From positions 1 to 49,768 of the forward strand of contig JBBDQT010000053.1 in NCBI GenBank assembly GCA_040905815.1: 49,768 bases of DNA, given 5' to 3'. Below, one piece after another: positions 8,550 to 18,959 of the stretch. Under the pieces are notes generated by a model. That model saw nothing but the letters and a program-made list of their open reading frames with translations. It was not told where the DNA came from and did not search any database. Position 1 is the first letter of the stretch; each line of letters begins with the position of its first letter. The stretch is from Acidimicrobiales bacterium (GTDB lineage: Bacteria; Actinomycetota; Acidimicrobiia; Acidimicrobiales; CADCSY01). A program made the position numbers and the translations under genes.

Positions 8550-9658
8550 GCCGGGATGCCTTCATCCACACCGGATACGCCCAGCGCATCCACTTCGGAG
8601 CCGGTGCGCTCAACCGGGTGGCGGAGGTCGTGCGGGAGACCGGGGCACGGCGTGCGCTGCTCGTGACGACCGGCGGTCGCCGCGCCTCCGACGACGGTGA
8701 GCGCCTCGTCATGCTCCTCGGAAGGTCCGTCGTCGCCACCTTCGCCGACGTCCGCTCCCACGTGCCGACGGACGGGGTCCGCGCGGCGGTCGCACAGGCG
8801 CGCGACGCAAACATCGACTGCGTGGTGAGCTTCGGAGGCGGCTCGTGCGCCGACCTCGGCAAGGCGGTCTGCTACTTCATCGAGCAGGAGTCGGGCGCAC
8901 CGGGAGCCTCCTACGTCGACCGTCCGGCGGTCGCCCACGTCGCCATCCCGACGACGTACTCGGGCGCGGAGCTCACGCCCTTCTTCGGCATGACCGACGA
9001 GGCGTCGCGGACCAAGTCAGGGGCCGGCGGTCCCACGATCGCCCCGCTCGCCGCCATCTACGACCCCGAGGTCACGATGACGACGCCCGGTCGGGTGAGC
9101 GCAGAGACCGGGCTCAACGCGATCGCCCACGGCGTCGAGGTCGCGTGGTCGCCGAGCCGGTCAGCCGAGGCCGAGGCCCTCGGCCTGGCGTGCATCGCCG
9201 GCGCAGCCGACGCGCTGCCCCGGGTCGTCGACGATCCAGGTGACCTGACGGCACGCACCGACATGCTGGCGGCGGCGATGCTCGGAGGCCGCGCCCTGCA
9301 GAACGCGTCGATGGGTGTGCACCACGGCCTCGCCCAGCTCGTCGGCGGGAGGACGGGCATCCCTCACGGCCTCGCCAACGCGATGATCCTGCCGCACGCC
9401 ATGCGGTTCAACGCCGACGTGGTCCCCACGGAGATCCATCGCATCGGGCAGGCGTTCGGCGACCCTGATGATGCCGCGGGTGCCGCATCGAGGCTCGTCG
9501 AGCGGCTCGGGCTCCCGACCGGTCTCCGCGCTTGCGGCCTCACCGAGGAGGATGTCGACGTGGTGGCCCGCATGGCCGAGGGCAACCGGAACGTCGCTGC
9601 CAACCCGCGGCCGGTCGGCGAGGCCGACGCCCGGGCCATCCTCACCGCCGCGCTGTGA
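8546..9658 (+). CDS. iron-containing alcohol dehydrogenase family protein (maleylacetate reductase-like)
   Basis: [58 protein letters not shown] at 8546 is in frame with ORF 8171..9658. Confidence 0.85.
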   Translation: MSRDAFIHTGYAQRIHFGAGALNRVAEVVRETGARRALLVTTGGRRASDDGERLVMLLGRSVVATFADVRSHVPTDGVRAAVAQARDANIDCVVSFGGGSCADLGKAVCYFIEQESGAPGASYVDRPAVAHVAIPTTYSGAELTPFFGMTDEASRTKSGAGGPTIAPLAAIYDPEVTMTTPGRVSAETGLNAIAHGVEVAWSPSRSAEAEALGLACIAGAADALPRVVDDPGDLTARTDMLAAAMLGGRALQNASMGVHHGLAQLVGGRTGIPHGLANAMILPHAMRFNADVVPTEIHRIGQAFGDPDDAAGAASRLVERLGLPTGLRACGLTEEDVDVVARMAEGNRNVAANPRPVGEADARAILTAAL

Positions 9659-9741
9659 CGTGACGGCGCGGCGTCCCGGGAGTCGACGACGACCCCCCCG
9701 GTCACCCGGTGAACCATCCTGTCGACGGTCCCGCGGTTCGG

Positions 9742-10848
9742 TCAGTGCCCAGGCTGGCGCGAGGACGGCTCGCGGTCGGGGTCCACCCCGCCGGGGTGCT
9801 CGGGCGCCCCGGCGTCGTCGACGGGGAGGTGCTTCGGCGGCAGGATGCCCGACGCACGATCGCGCTTGTCTGCCCGCAGCGAGGCCGTGATCGATGCGGT
9901 GAGGATCACGGTGATGACCCCGAGCGACACGTACGTCGGGAGGTGCACCTCGAACGGCTCGCCGATGATCAGCATCTTCACGCCGACGAACGCGAGGATC
10001 ACACCGAGGCCGATGTTGAGGTAGCGGAACTTCCCCTGCATGCCGCCGAGCAGGAAGTACAACGACCGGAGCCCGAGGATGGCGAAGGCGTTTGACGCGA
10101 ACACGATGAACGGCTCCCGGCTCACGGCCAGGATCGCCGGCACCGAGTCGACGGCGAACACGACGTCGGTCGCCTCGATGAGCACGAGCACGGTGAAGAG
10201 CGGGGTGGCGAGCCGCTTGCCGTTCTCCTTCGTGAACAGCTTCTGGCCGTCGTAGCGGTCGGTCGTGGGCACGAGGCGTCGCACCACCCGCATGGCGACG
10301 TTCTTGTTGTAGTCGACCTGCTTGCTCTCGTCGTGCCTGGCGATCTTGACCGCCGTGTAGAGGAGGAACGCGCCGAAGACGTAGAGGATCCAGTCGAAGC
10401 GCTCGATGAGCGAGACGCCGGCGAAGATGAAGATGCCTCGTAGGACGAGGGCGCCGAAGATGCCCCAGAAGAGCACGCGGAACTGGTACGCCCGGGGGAC
10501 TCCGAAGAACGAGAAGATCACGGCCCAGACGAAGACGTTGTCGACCGAGAGGCTCTTCTCGATGAGGAAGCCGGCGTAGTACTCGCCTCCCGCCTGGCCG
10601 CCCTGCCAGATGAGCATGACGACCCCGAACGCGAGCCCGATCGAGATCCAGATGGCGGACTCGATCGTCGCCTCCCTGATCGAGATGACGTGCGCCGACT
10701 TGTGGACCGCGAGCAGGTCGAACACGAGCATCCCGACGATGGCGACGAGGAGCGCCGCCCACACCCACGGCGGCACGTCGAAGCGGGCGAAGTTGTCCCG
10801 GCTCTCCGCGGCCGCGGCGAGCGTGTTGGCACTGAGCACTGAGAGCAA
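9742..10848 (-). CDS. TerC-family integral membrane protein
   Basis: GFLIEKSLSVDNVFVWAVIF and AVDSVPAILAV motifs with multiple TM helices. TTG start at 10848 with AAGGAG 6 nt upstream. Confidence 0.9.
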   Translation of the reverse strand: MLSVLSANTLAAAAESRDNFARFDVPPWVWAALLVAIVGMLVFDLLAVHKSAHVISIREATIESAIWISIGLAFGVVMLIWQGGQAGGEYYAGFLIEKSLSVDNVFVWAVIFSFFGVPRAYQFRVLFWGIFGALVLRGIFIFAGVSLIERFDWILYVFGAFLLYTAVKIARHDESKQVDYNKNVAMRVVRRLVPTTDRYDGQKLFTKENGKRLATPLFTVLVLIEATDVVFAVDSVPAILAVSREPFIVFASNAFAILGLRSLYFLLGGMQGKFRYLNIGLGVILAFVGVKMLIIGEPFEVHLPTYVSLGVITVILTASITASLRADKRDRASGILPPKHLPVDDAGAPEHPGGVDPDREPSSRQPGH

Positions 10849-10874
10849 CGGGTCTCCTTGTCGGACGACAGGCG

Positions 10875-11324
10875 GTGGGCACGTTACCCACGCACTCGGC
10901 GAGACCGATCATCGCGGCAGGAGCCCGCGAGCGGCCTCTGGGCCGGGGGGTATCGTGGCTGATCCTTCTCGACCTCCACATCGGCGGGGCGTGGGTGACC
11001 ATCGTCGGCAACGGCTTGGCCGGGGCGTGGGCGCTTGCCGCCCACCGCCTGCCGGCGCTGCGCACCAGGGCGCTGTGGTGGTTCACCGTCGCTGCTCAGG
11101 TCTCGATGTTCGTGCAGGTCGGTCTGGGTGTCGCCGCGATGTCGAGCGAGGGCATCGAGGCTCCCGAGGTCCACGTGTTCTACGGGTTCATCGCGCTGAT
11201 CGCGATCGGGTGCCTCTACGCCTACCGGGCACAGCTCGAGCACCGGCTGCACCTGCTGTACGGATTCGGTGGTCTGTTCATCATGGGCCTCGGGATCCGG
11301 GCCCTCCTCCTGGTCCCGGTCTGA
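10875..11324 (+). CDS. hypothetical polytopic membrane protein
   Basis: Four predicted hydrophobic helices (WLILLDLHIGGAWVTIVGNGLAG..., WWFTVAAQVSMFVQVGLGVAA, VFYGFIALIAIGCLYAY, LLYGFGGLFIMGLGIRALLLV). Start uncertain; no family recognised. Confidence 0.5.
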   Translation: MGTLPTHSARPIIAAGARERPLGRGVSWLILLDLHIGGAWVTIVGNGLAGAWALAAHRLPALRTRALWWFTVAAQVSMFVQVGLGVAAMSSEGIEAPEVHVFYGFIALIAIGCLYAYRAQLEHRLHLLYGFGGLFIMGLGIRALLLVPV

Positions 11325-11373
11325 CCTGCCCGCTGGCGGATGCTGCACGCGGGTGCTGCAGGCAAGGCAGGTG

Positions 11374-11610
11374 CTACAGGTGGACCACGGTGCAGGTGAG
11401 GGTGCGAGTGATGCCTTCGATCATCTGGACCCGGCTCACGACCATCTTCCCGAGCTCGTCCAGGTCGTCGGCTTCGGCCCTGGCGATCACGTCGTAGGGG
11501 CCTGTCACGTCCTCGGAGGACACGACGCCCGTGATCTCGCCGACCTCGGCGGCCACGGCGGCGGCCTTGCCGCCTTCGGTCTGGATGAGGATGTACGCGC
11601 TGACGGCCAT
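11374..11610 (-). CDS. stand-alone Lrp/AsnC ligand-binding (RAM) domain protein
   Basis: MAVSAYILIQTEGGKAAAVAAEVGEITGVVSSEDVTGPYDVIARAEADDLDELGKMVVSRVQMIEGITRT. Confidence 0.75.
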   Translation of the reverse strand: MAVSAYILIQTEGGKAAAVAAEVGEITGVVSSEDVTGPYDVIARAEADDLDELGKMVVSRVQMIEGITRTLTCTVVHL

Positions 11611-11711
11611 GTGCGGCTCCCGGGTGTGGTGGACGGCCGCATGCTAGACGGCGCCGGTCCCGCCCCGCCGGCCTGCTTTGGGGGAAGAGGTCCCCCGGTA
11701 AGGTTGGACCG

Positions 11712-12788
11712 GTGAGCGAGACCCCCCCCTTCCCGCCTGCCGAGCCCGACGAGGTCGAGCCCAGCTACCTCCTGTCGGGTGGTGGCCCCCGGCCGGTGCC
11801 CTCCACCGGCGAGGCGGCGCTGCTCGAGAAGGTTCTGTTCGAGGCGAAGAAGGTCATCGTCGGCCAGGACCGCCTGCTCGAACGGGTGCTCGTCAGCCTC
11901 CTCGCCCGAGGCCACTGCCTGATCGAGGGCGTGCCGGGACTGGCGAAGACGCTCACCATCGAGACCGTGGCGACCGCGGTCGGCGGGTCCTTCGCCCGGA
12001 TCCAGTTCACCCCCGACCTGATCCCCTCGGACCTCGTCGGCACCCGCATCTACCGGGCGTCGAGCGAGTCGTTCGACGTCGAGCTCGGCCCGGTGTTCGC
12101 GAACTTCGTCCTCGCCGACGAGATCAACCGGTCGCCGGCCAAGGTGCAGTCCGCGCTGCTCGAGGTCATGGCCGAGCGCCACGTGACCATCGGCGGGGTC
12201 ACCCATCAGGTGCCGGACCCGTTCCTCGTCCTCGCCACCCAGAACCCGATCGAGAGCGAGGGCGTCTACCCGCTGCCCGAGGCCCAGCGGGACCGGTTCC
12301 TCATGAAGCTCGTCGTCGGCTACCCCAGCCACCACGACGAGCTCGAGGTGGTGCGCCGCATGGGCGTGCGGGCGCCACGAGCCCTGCGGGTCACCGAGGT
12401 CGAGGACCTCGCGCGCCTGCAGGCGGCTACCGACGACGTGTTCGTCGACGGCGGCGTGGCCGACTACGCCGTGCGGCTCGTGCTCGCGACCCGCCACCCC
12501 GCCGACCACGGTGTCGCCGAGGTGGGGCCGTACCTGGCCTACGGCGCCAGCCCCCGGGGGAGCCTCGGCCTCGTCGCCGCGGCCCGTGCTCTCGCGCTCC
12601 TGCGAGGCCGGGAGTACGCCGTGCCCCAGGACGTGTTCGACGTGGCCTTCGACGTGCTACGCCACCGTGTCGTCCTCTCCTACGAGGCCCTCGCGGAGGA
12701 CGTCGACGCCGACACGATCCTCGCCCGCATCCTCTCGGTGGTGCCCGCCCCGCTCGTCGAGTCACGCCGCCCCGGCGCTGCGTCGTGA
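11712..12788 (+). CDS. MoxR-family AAA+ ATPase
   Basis: VIVGQDRLLERVLVSLLARGHCLIEGVPGLAKT (Walker A), FVLADEINRSPAKVQSALLEVMAE (Walker B / sensor), ATQNPIESEGVYPLPEAQRDRF. Confidence 0.9.
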   Translation: MSETPPFPPAEPDEVEPSYLLSGGGPRPVPSTGEAALLEKVLFEAKKVIVGQDRLLERVLVSLLARGHCLIEGVPGLAKTLTIETVATAVGGSFARIQFTPDLIPSDLVGTRIYRASSESFDVELGPVFANFVLADEINRSPAKVQSALLEVMAERHVTIGGVTHQVPDPFLVLATQNPIESEGVYPLPEAQRDRFLMKLVVGYPSHHDELEVVRRMGVRAPRALRVTEVEDLARLQAATDDVFVDGGVADYAVRLVLATRHPADHGVAEVGPYLAYGASPRGSLGLVAAARALALLRGREYAVPQDVFDVAFDVLRHRVVLSYEALAEDVDADTILARILSVVPAPLVESRRPGAAS

Positions 12789-13729
12789 GCCCGATCGGTC
12801 CGCCGAGGTTGGTGGACCACGGTGCCGAGGTCCTCCTCCGCAAGCTCGAGCTCGCCGTGACCCGGCGCCTCGACGGCATCCTCCAGGGGGACCACCAGGG
12901 CCTCGTGCCCGGACCCGGCAGCGAGCCGGGCGAGGCCCGCGGCTACCAGCCCGGTGATGACGTGCGGCGGATGGACTGGAACGTCACCGCCCGCACCGGC
13001 GTCGCCCACGTCCGCACGCCGGTCGCCGACCGGGAGCTGGAGACGTGGGTGGTGGCGGACCTGTCGGCGAGCCTCGCGTTCGGCACCGCAGCGTGCGAGA
13101 AGCGGGACCTCGTGGTCGCCGCCGTCACCGCCGTCGGTCACCTCACCGCACGCGCCGGCAACCGCATCGGCGCGCTCGTCGTGCAGCCCGGGTCCACCTC
13201 CCGCATCCCCGCCCGTGCCGGCCGCGCCCACCTCACCGCCCTGCTCCACCAGGTGGCACGCGCGCCGAGGGATGACGGCGGCGGGGCCACGGACCTCGGG
13301 GTTGCCGTCACCGCGCTCGACCGGCTCGCCCGCAAGCGCGGCGTCGCGGTCGTGATCAGCGACTTCGTCGGCGCACCGGGCTGGGAACGGCCGTTGCGGG
13401 CGCTCGCCGCCCGCCAGGACACCATCGCGATCGAGGTGGTCGACCCGCGCGAGCTGTCGCTTCCCGACGTCGGCCTCCTCGCCCTCGTCGACCCGGAGAC
13501 CGGCCGGCTCCTCGAGGTGCAGACGTCGGACCGCAAGGTGCGGGACCGCTTCGCCGGCGCCGCGGCCGCACAGCGTGCCGGCGTCGCCGCCTCGCTCCGG
13601 TCGGCCGGCGCTGACCACCTCGTCCTTCGCACCGACCGTGACTGGCTCCTCGACCTGGTCTCCTTCGTGGAGCGCCGTCGCCGTCGCCGGATCGCGGCGC
13701 CAGCGCGCTCGGTGACGGTCCCCGGATGA
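12785..13729 (+). CDS. DUF58 domain protein (MoxR partner)
   Basis: GEARGYQPGDDVRRMDWNVTARTG motif. The GTG overlaps the moxR stop (GTGA). Confidence 0.85.
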   Translation: MSPIGPPRLVDHGAEVLLRKLELAVTRRLDGILQGDHQGLVPGPGSEPGEARGYQPGDDVRRMDWNVTARTGVAHVRTPVADRELETWVVADLSASLAFGTAACEKRDLVVAAVTAVGHLTARAGNRIGALVVQPGSTSRIPARAGRAHLTALLHQVARAPRDDGGGATDLGVAVTALDRLARKRGVAVVISDFVGAPGWERPLRALAARQDTIAIEVVDPRELSLPDVGLLALVDPETGRLLEVQTSDRKVRDRFAGAAAAQRAGVAASLRSAGADHLVLRTDRDWLLDLVSFVERRRRRRIAAPARSVTVPG

Positions 13730-14676
13730 GCTTCCTCGAGCCGGGCCGGCTGCTGCTCGGCATCGTCATCGTCGGCCTGGCCGTCGCCTACCTGGCGGTG
13801 CAGCTCTGGGGAAGGCAGCGCTACGTGGTGCGCTTCACGAACCTCGACCTGCTCGCCTCCGTCGCGCCGAAGCGGCCCGGTTGGCGTCGACACGTCCCCG
13901 CCGTGCTGCTGCTCGTCGCGCTCGCCTCCATGGTGGTGGCGCTCGCCCGGCCGACCCGCAGCGAGCGGGTCCCTCGGGAGCGGGCGACGATCATCATGGC
14001 GATCGACGTGTCGATCTCCATGGATGCCACCGACGTCCGACCTTCCCGTCTCGACGCCGCCAAGGCGGCCGCCGAGTCGTTCACCGGGCTCTTGCCGCCG
14101 CAGATCAACCTCGGCCTCGTGTCCTTCGCGGGTTCGGCCACCGTGCTCGTCCCCCCGACCACAGACCGGGAGCTGATCTACAGCGCGATCGACCGGTTGA
14201 CCCTCGCCGAGGCCACCGCCATCGGGGAGGCGGTCATCGCCTCCTTGTCCTCCATCGCCTCCCTGCCCGGGACCGAGGAGGGCCTCGAGGTGCCTGCGCA
14301 CATCGTGCTCATGTCGGACGGGGAGACCACAGCCGGCACGCCCAACGAGCTCGCGGTCGAGGCCGCCCACGACGCCGGGGTGCCGGTGACGACGATCGCC
14401 TTCGGCACCGATGCAGGAACCATCGAGTACCAGGGGGAGACCCTGCCCGTCCCGGTGAACAGCGGCGACCTCGCCGCGCTGGCCGACGCCACGGGAGGCT
14501 CCGCCTTCGAGGCGGCGACGGGGGAGCAGCTGCGCGGCGTGTACGAGGACATCGGCAGCTCCATCGGCTACACCGAGGAGGACCGCGAGGTCGGCGAGGT
14601 GTTCGTCGGCGGCGCCTTCGCCGCCGCCCTCGTGGCATCGGTCCTCTCCCTCGCCTGGTCGAGCCGCCTGCCCTGA
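13726..14676 (+). CDS. membrane-anchored von Willebrand factor A (VWA) domain protein (BatA-like)
   Basis: Two N-terminal TM helices, MIDAS motif AIDVSISMDATD, one C-terminal TM helix. The ATG overlaps the DUF58 stop (ATGA). Confidence 0.85.
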   Translation: MSFLEPGRLLLGIVIVGLAVAYLAVQLWGRQRYVVRFTNLDLLASVAPKRPGWRRHVPAVLLLVALASMVVALARPTRSERVPRERATIIMAIDVSISMDATDVRPSRLDAAKAAAESFTGLLPPQINLGLVSFAGSATVLVPPTTDRELIYSAIDRLTLAEATAIGEAVIASLSSIASLPGTEEGLEVPAHIVLMSDGETTAGTPNELAVEAAHDAGVPVTTIAFGTDAGTIEYQGETLPVPVNSGDLAALADATGGSAFEAATGEQLRGVYEDIGSSIGYTEEDREVGEVFVGGAFAAALVASVLSLAWSSRLP

Positions 14677-14685
14677 GCGCTGTCA

Positions 14686-14700
14686 ACCCCTCTTCGGGGT
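14686..14700. terminator. short stem-loop in the 33-nt convergent gap between the VWA gene and pckG
   Basis: ACCCC-TCTTC-GGGGT (5-bp stem), the only structure in the gap. Weak. Confidence 0.3.
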
Positions 14701-14709
14701 GCGCGCAGG

Positions 14710-16518
14710 TCAGTTGGCCAGGCGCTTCTCGAGCGCTGCCAGCTCGTCGATCAGCTCCTGGGGGAGGCGCTCGCCGACGCCGGCGAAGTGGGCCTCGATG
14801 AGCGGCAGCTCGTTGCGCCACTCGTCCTCGTCGACGGTGAGCAGCTGGTGCAGCCGAGCCGGATCGAGGTCGAGCCCGGCGGTGTCGATGCTCTCGGCGG
14901 TGGGGATCCGACCGATGGGCGTCTCGACCGCCTCGGCCGTGCCCTCCACCCGGGCGAGCACCCACTCGAGGACGCGGCTGTTGTCGCCGAACCCCGGCCA
15001 GAGGAAGCGCTGCTGGTCGTCGCGGCGGAACCAGTTGACCCAGAAGAGCTTGGGCAGCTTGTCGGCATCCGCCCGCTCACCGATCGACAGCCAGTGGGCG
15101 AAGTAGTCGCCGACGTTGTAGCCGGTGAACGGGAGCATGGCGAAGGGGTCGAAGCGCACCTCGCCCACCTTCCCTGCCGCCGCGGCGGTCTTCTCCGAGC
15201 TCATGATGGAGCCGAGGAAGACGCCGTGCTGCCACGAGAGGGACTCCGTGACGAGCGGCACGGTCGTGGCGCGTCGCCCGCCGAAGAGGATGGCTGAGAT
15301 CGGCACGCCCCTCGGGTCCTCCCACTCCGGTGCGATGGACGGGCACTGCGCCGCCGGCGCCGTGAAGCGGGCGTTGGGGTGGGCGGCCGGGGACCCCGAC
15401 GCGGGCGTCCACTCCTGGCCCTTCCAGTCGGTCAGCACTGCGGGCGGCTCGTCGGTGAGGTCCTCCCACCACACGTCGCCCTCAGGGGTCTCGGCGCAGT
15501 TGGTGAAGATGCAGTTCTCGTCGAGGGTCCGCAGGGCGTTGAGGTTCGTCTTCTCCGACGTTCCGGGCGCGACCCCGAAGAACCCGGCCTCGGGGTTGAT
15601 CGCGTACAGGCGACCGTCGTCGCCGAACTTCATCCAGGCGATGTCGTCGCCCACGGTCTCGACCTTCCACCCCGGCAGGGTCGGGATCATCATCGCCATG
15701 TTGGTCTTGCCGCACGCCGACGGGAACGCCGCCGCCACGTACTTCTTCTCGCCGCCCGGCGGTGTCACGCCGAGCACGAGCATGTGCTCGGCGAGCCAGC
15801 CCTCGTCGTGGGCCATCGCCGAGGCGATGCGCAGCGCGAAGCACTTCTTCCCGAGCAGGGCGTTGCCGCCGTAGCCGGAGCCGTAGGACCAGATCTCACG
15901 GGTCTCGGGGAAGTGGACGATGTACTTGTTCTCGGCGTCGCACGGCCACGGCACGTCCTCCTCGCCGGCAGCGAGCGGCGCGCCGACGGAGTGGAGGCAC
16001 GGGACGAAAGCCCCGTCCTCGAGGGTGTCGAGCACCTCCTGGCCCATGCGGGTCATGAGCTTCATGTTCACCGCCACGTACGCGGAGTCGGTGAGCTGCA
16101 CGCCGATGTGGGCGATGGGCGAGCCGAGGGGGCCCATCGAGAACGGCACCACGTACATGGTGCGGCCCCTCATGGAACCCCGGAACAGCCCGGTGAGCAG
16201 GTCCTTCATCTCCGCTGGGTCCCGCCAGTTGTTCGTCGGACCGGCGTCGGCCTCGGTGGCGGAGCAGATGAAGGTGCGGTCCTCGACGCGAGCGACGTCG
16301 CCCGGGTCGGAGCGGGCGAGGAAGCTGTTCGGACGCAGCTCCTGGTTCAGCTCGGTGAACGTCCCGGCGTCGACGAGGAGCTGCGTGAGCCGCTGGTACT
16401 CCTCCTCGGAGCCGTCGCACCACTCGACGGTGTCCGGCTCGCCCAGCTCGGCGACCTCGGCGACCCAGGCGAGGAGCTCGCCGTTGGTGGTCCGATCGGT
16501 CTGCGTTCCTGGCTGCAT
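14710..16518 (-). CDS. pckG: phosphoenolpyruvate carboxykinase (GTP)
   Basis: 602 aa with [27 protein letters not shown] and [16 protein letters not shown] motifs. Confidence 0.95.
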   Translation of the reverse strand: MQPGTQTDRTTNGELLAWVAEVAELGEPDTVEWCDGSEEEYQRLTQLLVDAGTFTELNQELRPNSFLARSDPGDVARVEDRTFICSATEADAGPTNNWRDPAEMKDLLTGLFRGSMRGRTMYVVPFSMGPLGSPIAHIGVQLTDSAYVAVNMKLMTRMGQEVLDTLEDGAFVPCLHSVGAPLAAGEEDVPWPCDAENKYIVHFPETREIWSYGSGYGGNALLGKKCFALRIASAMAHDEGWLAEHMLVLGVTPPGGEKKYVAAAFPSACGKTNMAMMIPTLPGWKVETVGDDIAWMKFGDDGRLYAINPEAGFFGVAPGTSEKTNLNALRTLDENCIFTNCAETPEGDVWWEDLTDEPPAVLTDWKGQEWTPASGSPAAHPNARFTAPAAQCPSIAPEWEDPRGVPISAILFGGRRATTVPLVTESLSWQHGVFLGSIMSSEKTAAAAGKVGEVRFDPFAMLPFTGYNVGDYFAHWLSIGERADADKLPKLFWVNWFRRDDQQRFLWPGFGDNSRVLEWVLARVEGTAEAVETPIGRIPTAESIDTAGLDLDPARLHQLLTVDEDEWRNELPLIEAHFAGVGERLPQELIDELAALEKRLAN

Positions 16519-16566
16519 CGCTACTCCGTGTTCGCTCGACGCCCGGCGCGGGGGTGGGCGTGGGGG

Positions 16567-16827
16567 CTACCCGTGCTCGGGGTCGGGGATGCGAACGCCG
16601 GCGTCGTCGAAGCCCGGGGTGCCCATGTCGACCTCGGAGCCGAGGCGAAGCGCCGTCGCCCGCCCGCCGTCGTCGAGGTCGAAGACCACACGCTGGCCCT
16701 GGCGGAGCATGCGGAAGACCGAACCCGCCAGCGCGGCGGGGGCGAGGTCGTACTCGGAGCGGTCGAGGTCGCGCATCAGCACACCCTGCCCGGTCCCCGG
16801 GTCGTACGACTTGACCACTCCCTGCAC
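16567..16827 (-). CDS. small cold-shock-domain-like (OB-fold) protein, function unknown
   Basis: VQGVVKSYDPGTGQGVLMRD...LRQGQRVVFDLDDGGRATALRL has a CSD-like layout but lacks canonical RNP motifs. GTG at 16827 with GGAGGA upstream. Confidence 0.6.
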   Translation of the reverse strand: MQGVVKSYDPGTGQGVLMRDLDRSEYDLAPAALAGSVFRMLRQGQRVVFDLDDGGRATALRLGSEVDMGTPGFDDAGVRIPDPEHG

Positions 16828-16962
16828 GGCATCCTCCGGCGCGTCGTTCGCGGAGGCGACGTTACCGGAGGGTCAGCGGGGAGGACGATTCGCGAGCCGG
16901 ACCGTCCCGGTGAAGGCCAAATACGACAACGAGGCGTTGACAGACCGACGGCCGGGTGAGCG

Positions 16963-17175
16963 TCAGGTGACGGGTCGCACGGAGCGGGCGGCCTTGGTGA
17001 CCTTGCCCGCCTTGATGCACGACGTGCACACGTGCAGGCGCTTCGGGGAACCGTTCACGATGGCGCGCACCCGCTGGATGTTCGGGTTCCAGCGGCGCTT
17101 GGACCGGACGTGGCTGTGGCTGATGCTCATGCCGAACGACGGGTGCTTGCCGCACACCTCACACACTGCTGCCAT
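16963..17175 (-). CDS. rpmB: 50S ribosomal protein L28
   Basis: [59 protein letters not shown]; ATG at 17175. Confidence 0.9.
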   Translation of the reverse strand: MAAVCEVCGKHPSFGMSISHSHVRSKRRWNPNIQRVRAIVNGSPKRLHVCTSCIKAGKVTKAARSVRPVT

Positions 17176-17272
17176 GGGGACGTGCACCTCGAGCCAAGAG
17201 TCGAAACCGGAACCCGGAAACGATAGCAGCAGCGTCTCGATGCCCACCACCCGGGGGTTAGCATCACCGCCC

Positions 17273-18952
17273 ATGACCACCCTCGAGCGCCTCGGTGCCG
17301 ATCACGTGCGCCTGGTGGTCACCGGCTACCGAGATGCGCTCCGATCCCATCAGGATGCGGTCAACCGGCTCAACGTCTACCCCGTGCCCGACGGCGACAC
17401 GGGGACGAACATGGCCCTCACCCTCGAGTCGGTCTGTGACGAGCTCGCCACCCTCGAGCGCTCCGGGGCCGCCGGCGAGATGGCAGCCACCTGCAAGGCC
17501 ATCAGCCACGGCTCGCTCATGGGCGCCCGTGGCAACTCCGGGGTCATCCTGAGCCAGATCCTGGGGGGGATCGCCGGACGCTTCACGGAGGACGACGACG
17601 GCCGGGGCGTCGACGGCTCCACGGTCGCCCTCGCCCTCACCGCCGCCGCCGAGGCTGCGTACCAGGCCGTGATGCGCCCGGTGGAGGGCACGATCCTCAC
17701 CGTGGTCCGGGAGGCTGCAGCTGGCGCCACCGCCCGGGTGGCGCAGGGGTCGGCTGCCCTCGTCGACGTCCTCGACGCCGCGCGCGCCGCCGCCCAGGCC
17801 GCCCTCGACGACACCCCCGAGCAGCTGTCGGTCCTGAAGGAGGCTGGTGTCGTCGACGCCGGTGGCGCCGGGTTCCTCCTCTTGCTGGATGCCGCGCTCG
17901 AGGTCGCTGCCGGTCGTCCCGTGCCGCCCCCGCCCGCGGCACCGGCCGGCATGGCGGACCTCACGAGCGCGGCGGCTCACGGCGAGCTGGGTCAGAGCGG
18001 TTCGATCGCCGACCTCCGCTACGAGGTCATGTACCTGCTCGAGGCTCCCGACGATGCGGTCCCCGCGTTCAAGGAGGTGTGGGCCGGCATCGGGGACTCG
18101 ATCGTCGTCGTGGGCGGCGACGGCACCTGGAACTGCCACATCCACACAGACGACATCGGTGCGAGCATCGAGGCGGCGATCGAGATCGGCCGGCCCTGCC
18201 GCATCCGGGTCACGGACCTCCTCGAGCAGGTCGAGGAGGAGCGCTGGGTGCGCGAGGGCGCCGAGGCGGGGCGCGAGCCCCTCCCCGACCGGGACGTCAC
18301 GACGGCGGTGGTGGCGGTTGCCACCGGCGAGGGGATCCGCCGCATCTTCCGCTCGCTCGGCGTGCAGAACATCGTGGCGGGAGGACAGTCGATGAACCCG
18401 TCCACCGCGCAGCTCCTGGAGGCGGTCGAGGCGACCGGAGCGTCGGAGGTGGTCGTCCTCCCGAACAACAGGAACATCATCCCGGTCGCCGAGCAGGTCG
18501 ACTCTCTCACCGACGTCACCGTGCGGGTCGTGCCCACCAGGGGCATCGCCGAGGGCTTCGCCGCGCTCCTGAGCTACGACCCCGGCTCGGCGGCGGTCGA
18601 GAACGCCGAGGAGATGACCACCGCGGCCGAGGCCGTCGTGGCCGGCGAGGTCACCCGGGCGGTGCGCGACAGCAGCTGCGATGCCGGACCGATCTCGTCG
18701 GGGGACTGGCTCGGCATCGCCCGCCAGGGGATCGTCTCGGTCGACGAGAGCCTGGCTGGCGCCACGACCGGCCTGCTCGAACGGCTCGTTGGCGAGGGCC
18801 ACGAGATGGTGACCATCATCGAGGGCGAGGGCTCCACCGCCGCTGACACCCGCCGGGCCACCGAGTGGCTCGCCGAGCACCGACCCAACGTCGAGGTCGA
18901 GGTGCACCACGGCGGCCAGCCCCTCTACCCCTACCTGCTCGGCGTCGAGTAG
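17273..18952 (+). CDS. yloV: DAK2 domain fusion protein (YloV family)
   Basis: [39 protein letters not shown] at 17273, in frame with the spurious 1010-aa ORF. Divergent from rpmB, as is typical. Confidence 0.9.
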   Translation: MTTLERLGADHVRLVVTGYRDALRSHQDAVNRLNVYPVPDGDTGTNMALTLESVCDELATLERSGAAGEMAATCKAISHGSLMGARGNSGVILSQILGGIAGRFTEDDDGRGVDGSTVALALTAAAEAAYQAVMRPVEGTILTVVREAAAGATARVAQGSAALVDVLDAARAAAQAALDDTPEQLSVLKEAGVVDAGGAGFLLLLDAALEVAAGRPVPPPPAAPAGMADLTSAAAHGELGQSGSIADLRYEVMYLLEAPDDAVPAFKEVWAGIGDSIVVVGGDGTWNCHIHTDDIGASIEAAIEIGRPCRIRVTDLLEQVEEERWVREGAEAGREPLPDRDVTTAVVAVATGEGIRRIFRSLGVQNIVAGGQSMNPSTAQLLEAVEATGASEVVVLPNNRNIIPVAEQVDSLTDVTVRVVPTRGIAEGFAALLSYDPGSAAVENAEEMTTAAEAVVAGEVTRAVRDSSCDAGPISSGDWLGIARQGIVSVDESLAGATTGLLERLVGEGHEMVTIIEGEGSTAADTRRATEWLAEHRPNVEVEVHHGGQPLYPYLLGVE

Positions 18953-18959
18953 CGGCGCG

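Noticed and set aside
10849-10960. yybP-ykoY (Mn2+) riboswitch expected upstream of a TerC-family gene
   Set aside because: The leader (reverse complement of 10849-10960) lacks the conserved GGGGAGUAG and CUUGACA-type cores I remember. The gap is also largely taken by a divergent ORF start at 10875.
15920-17272. N-terminal 450 aa of the 1010-aa + ORF upstream of yloV
   Set aside because: It runs antisense through pckG and rpmB and has a Ser/Pro/Arg-rich composition. The DAK2 protein begins at ATG 17273.
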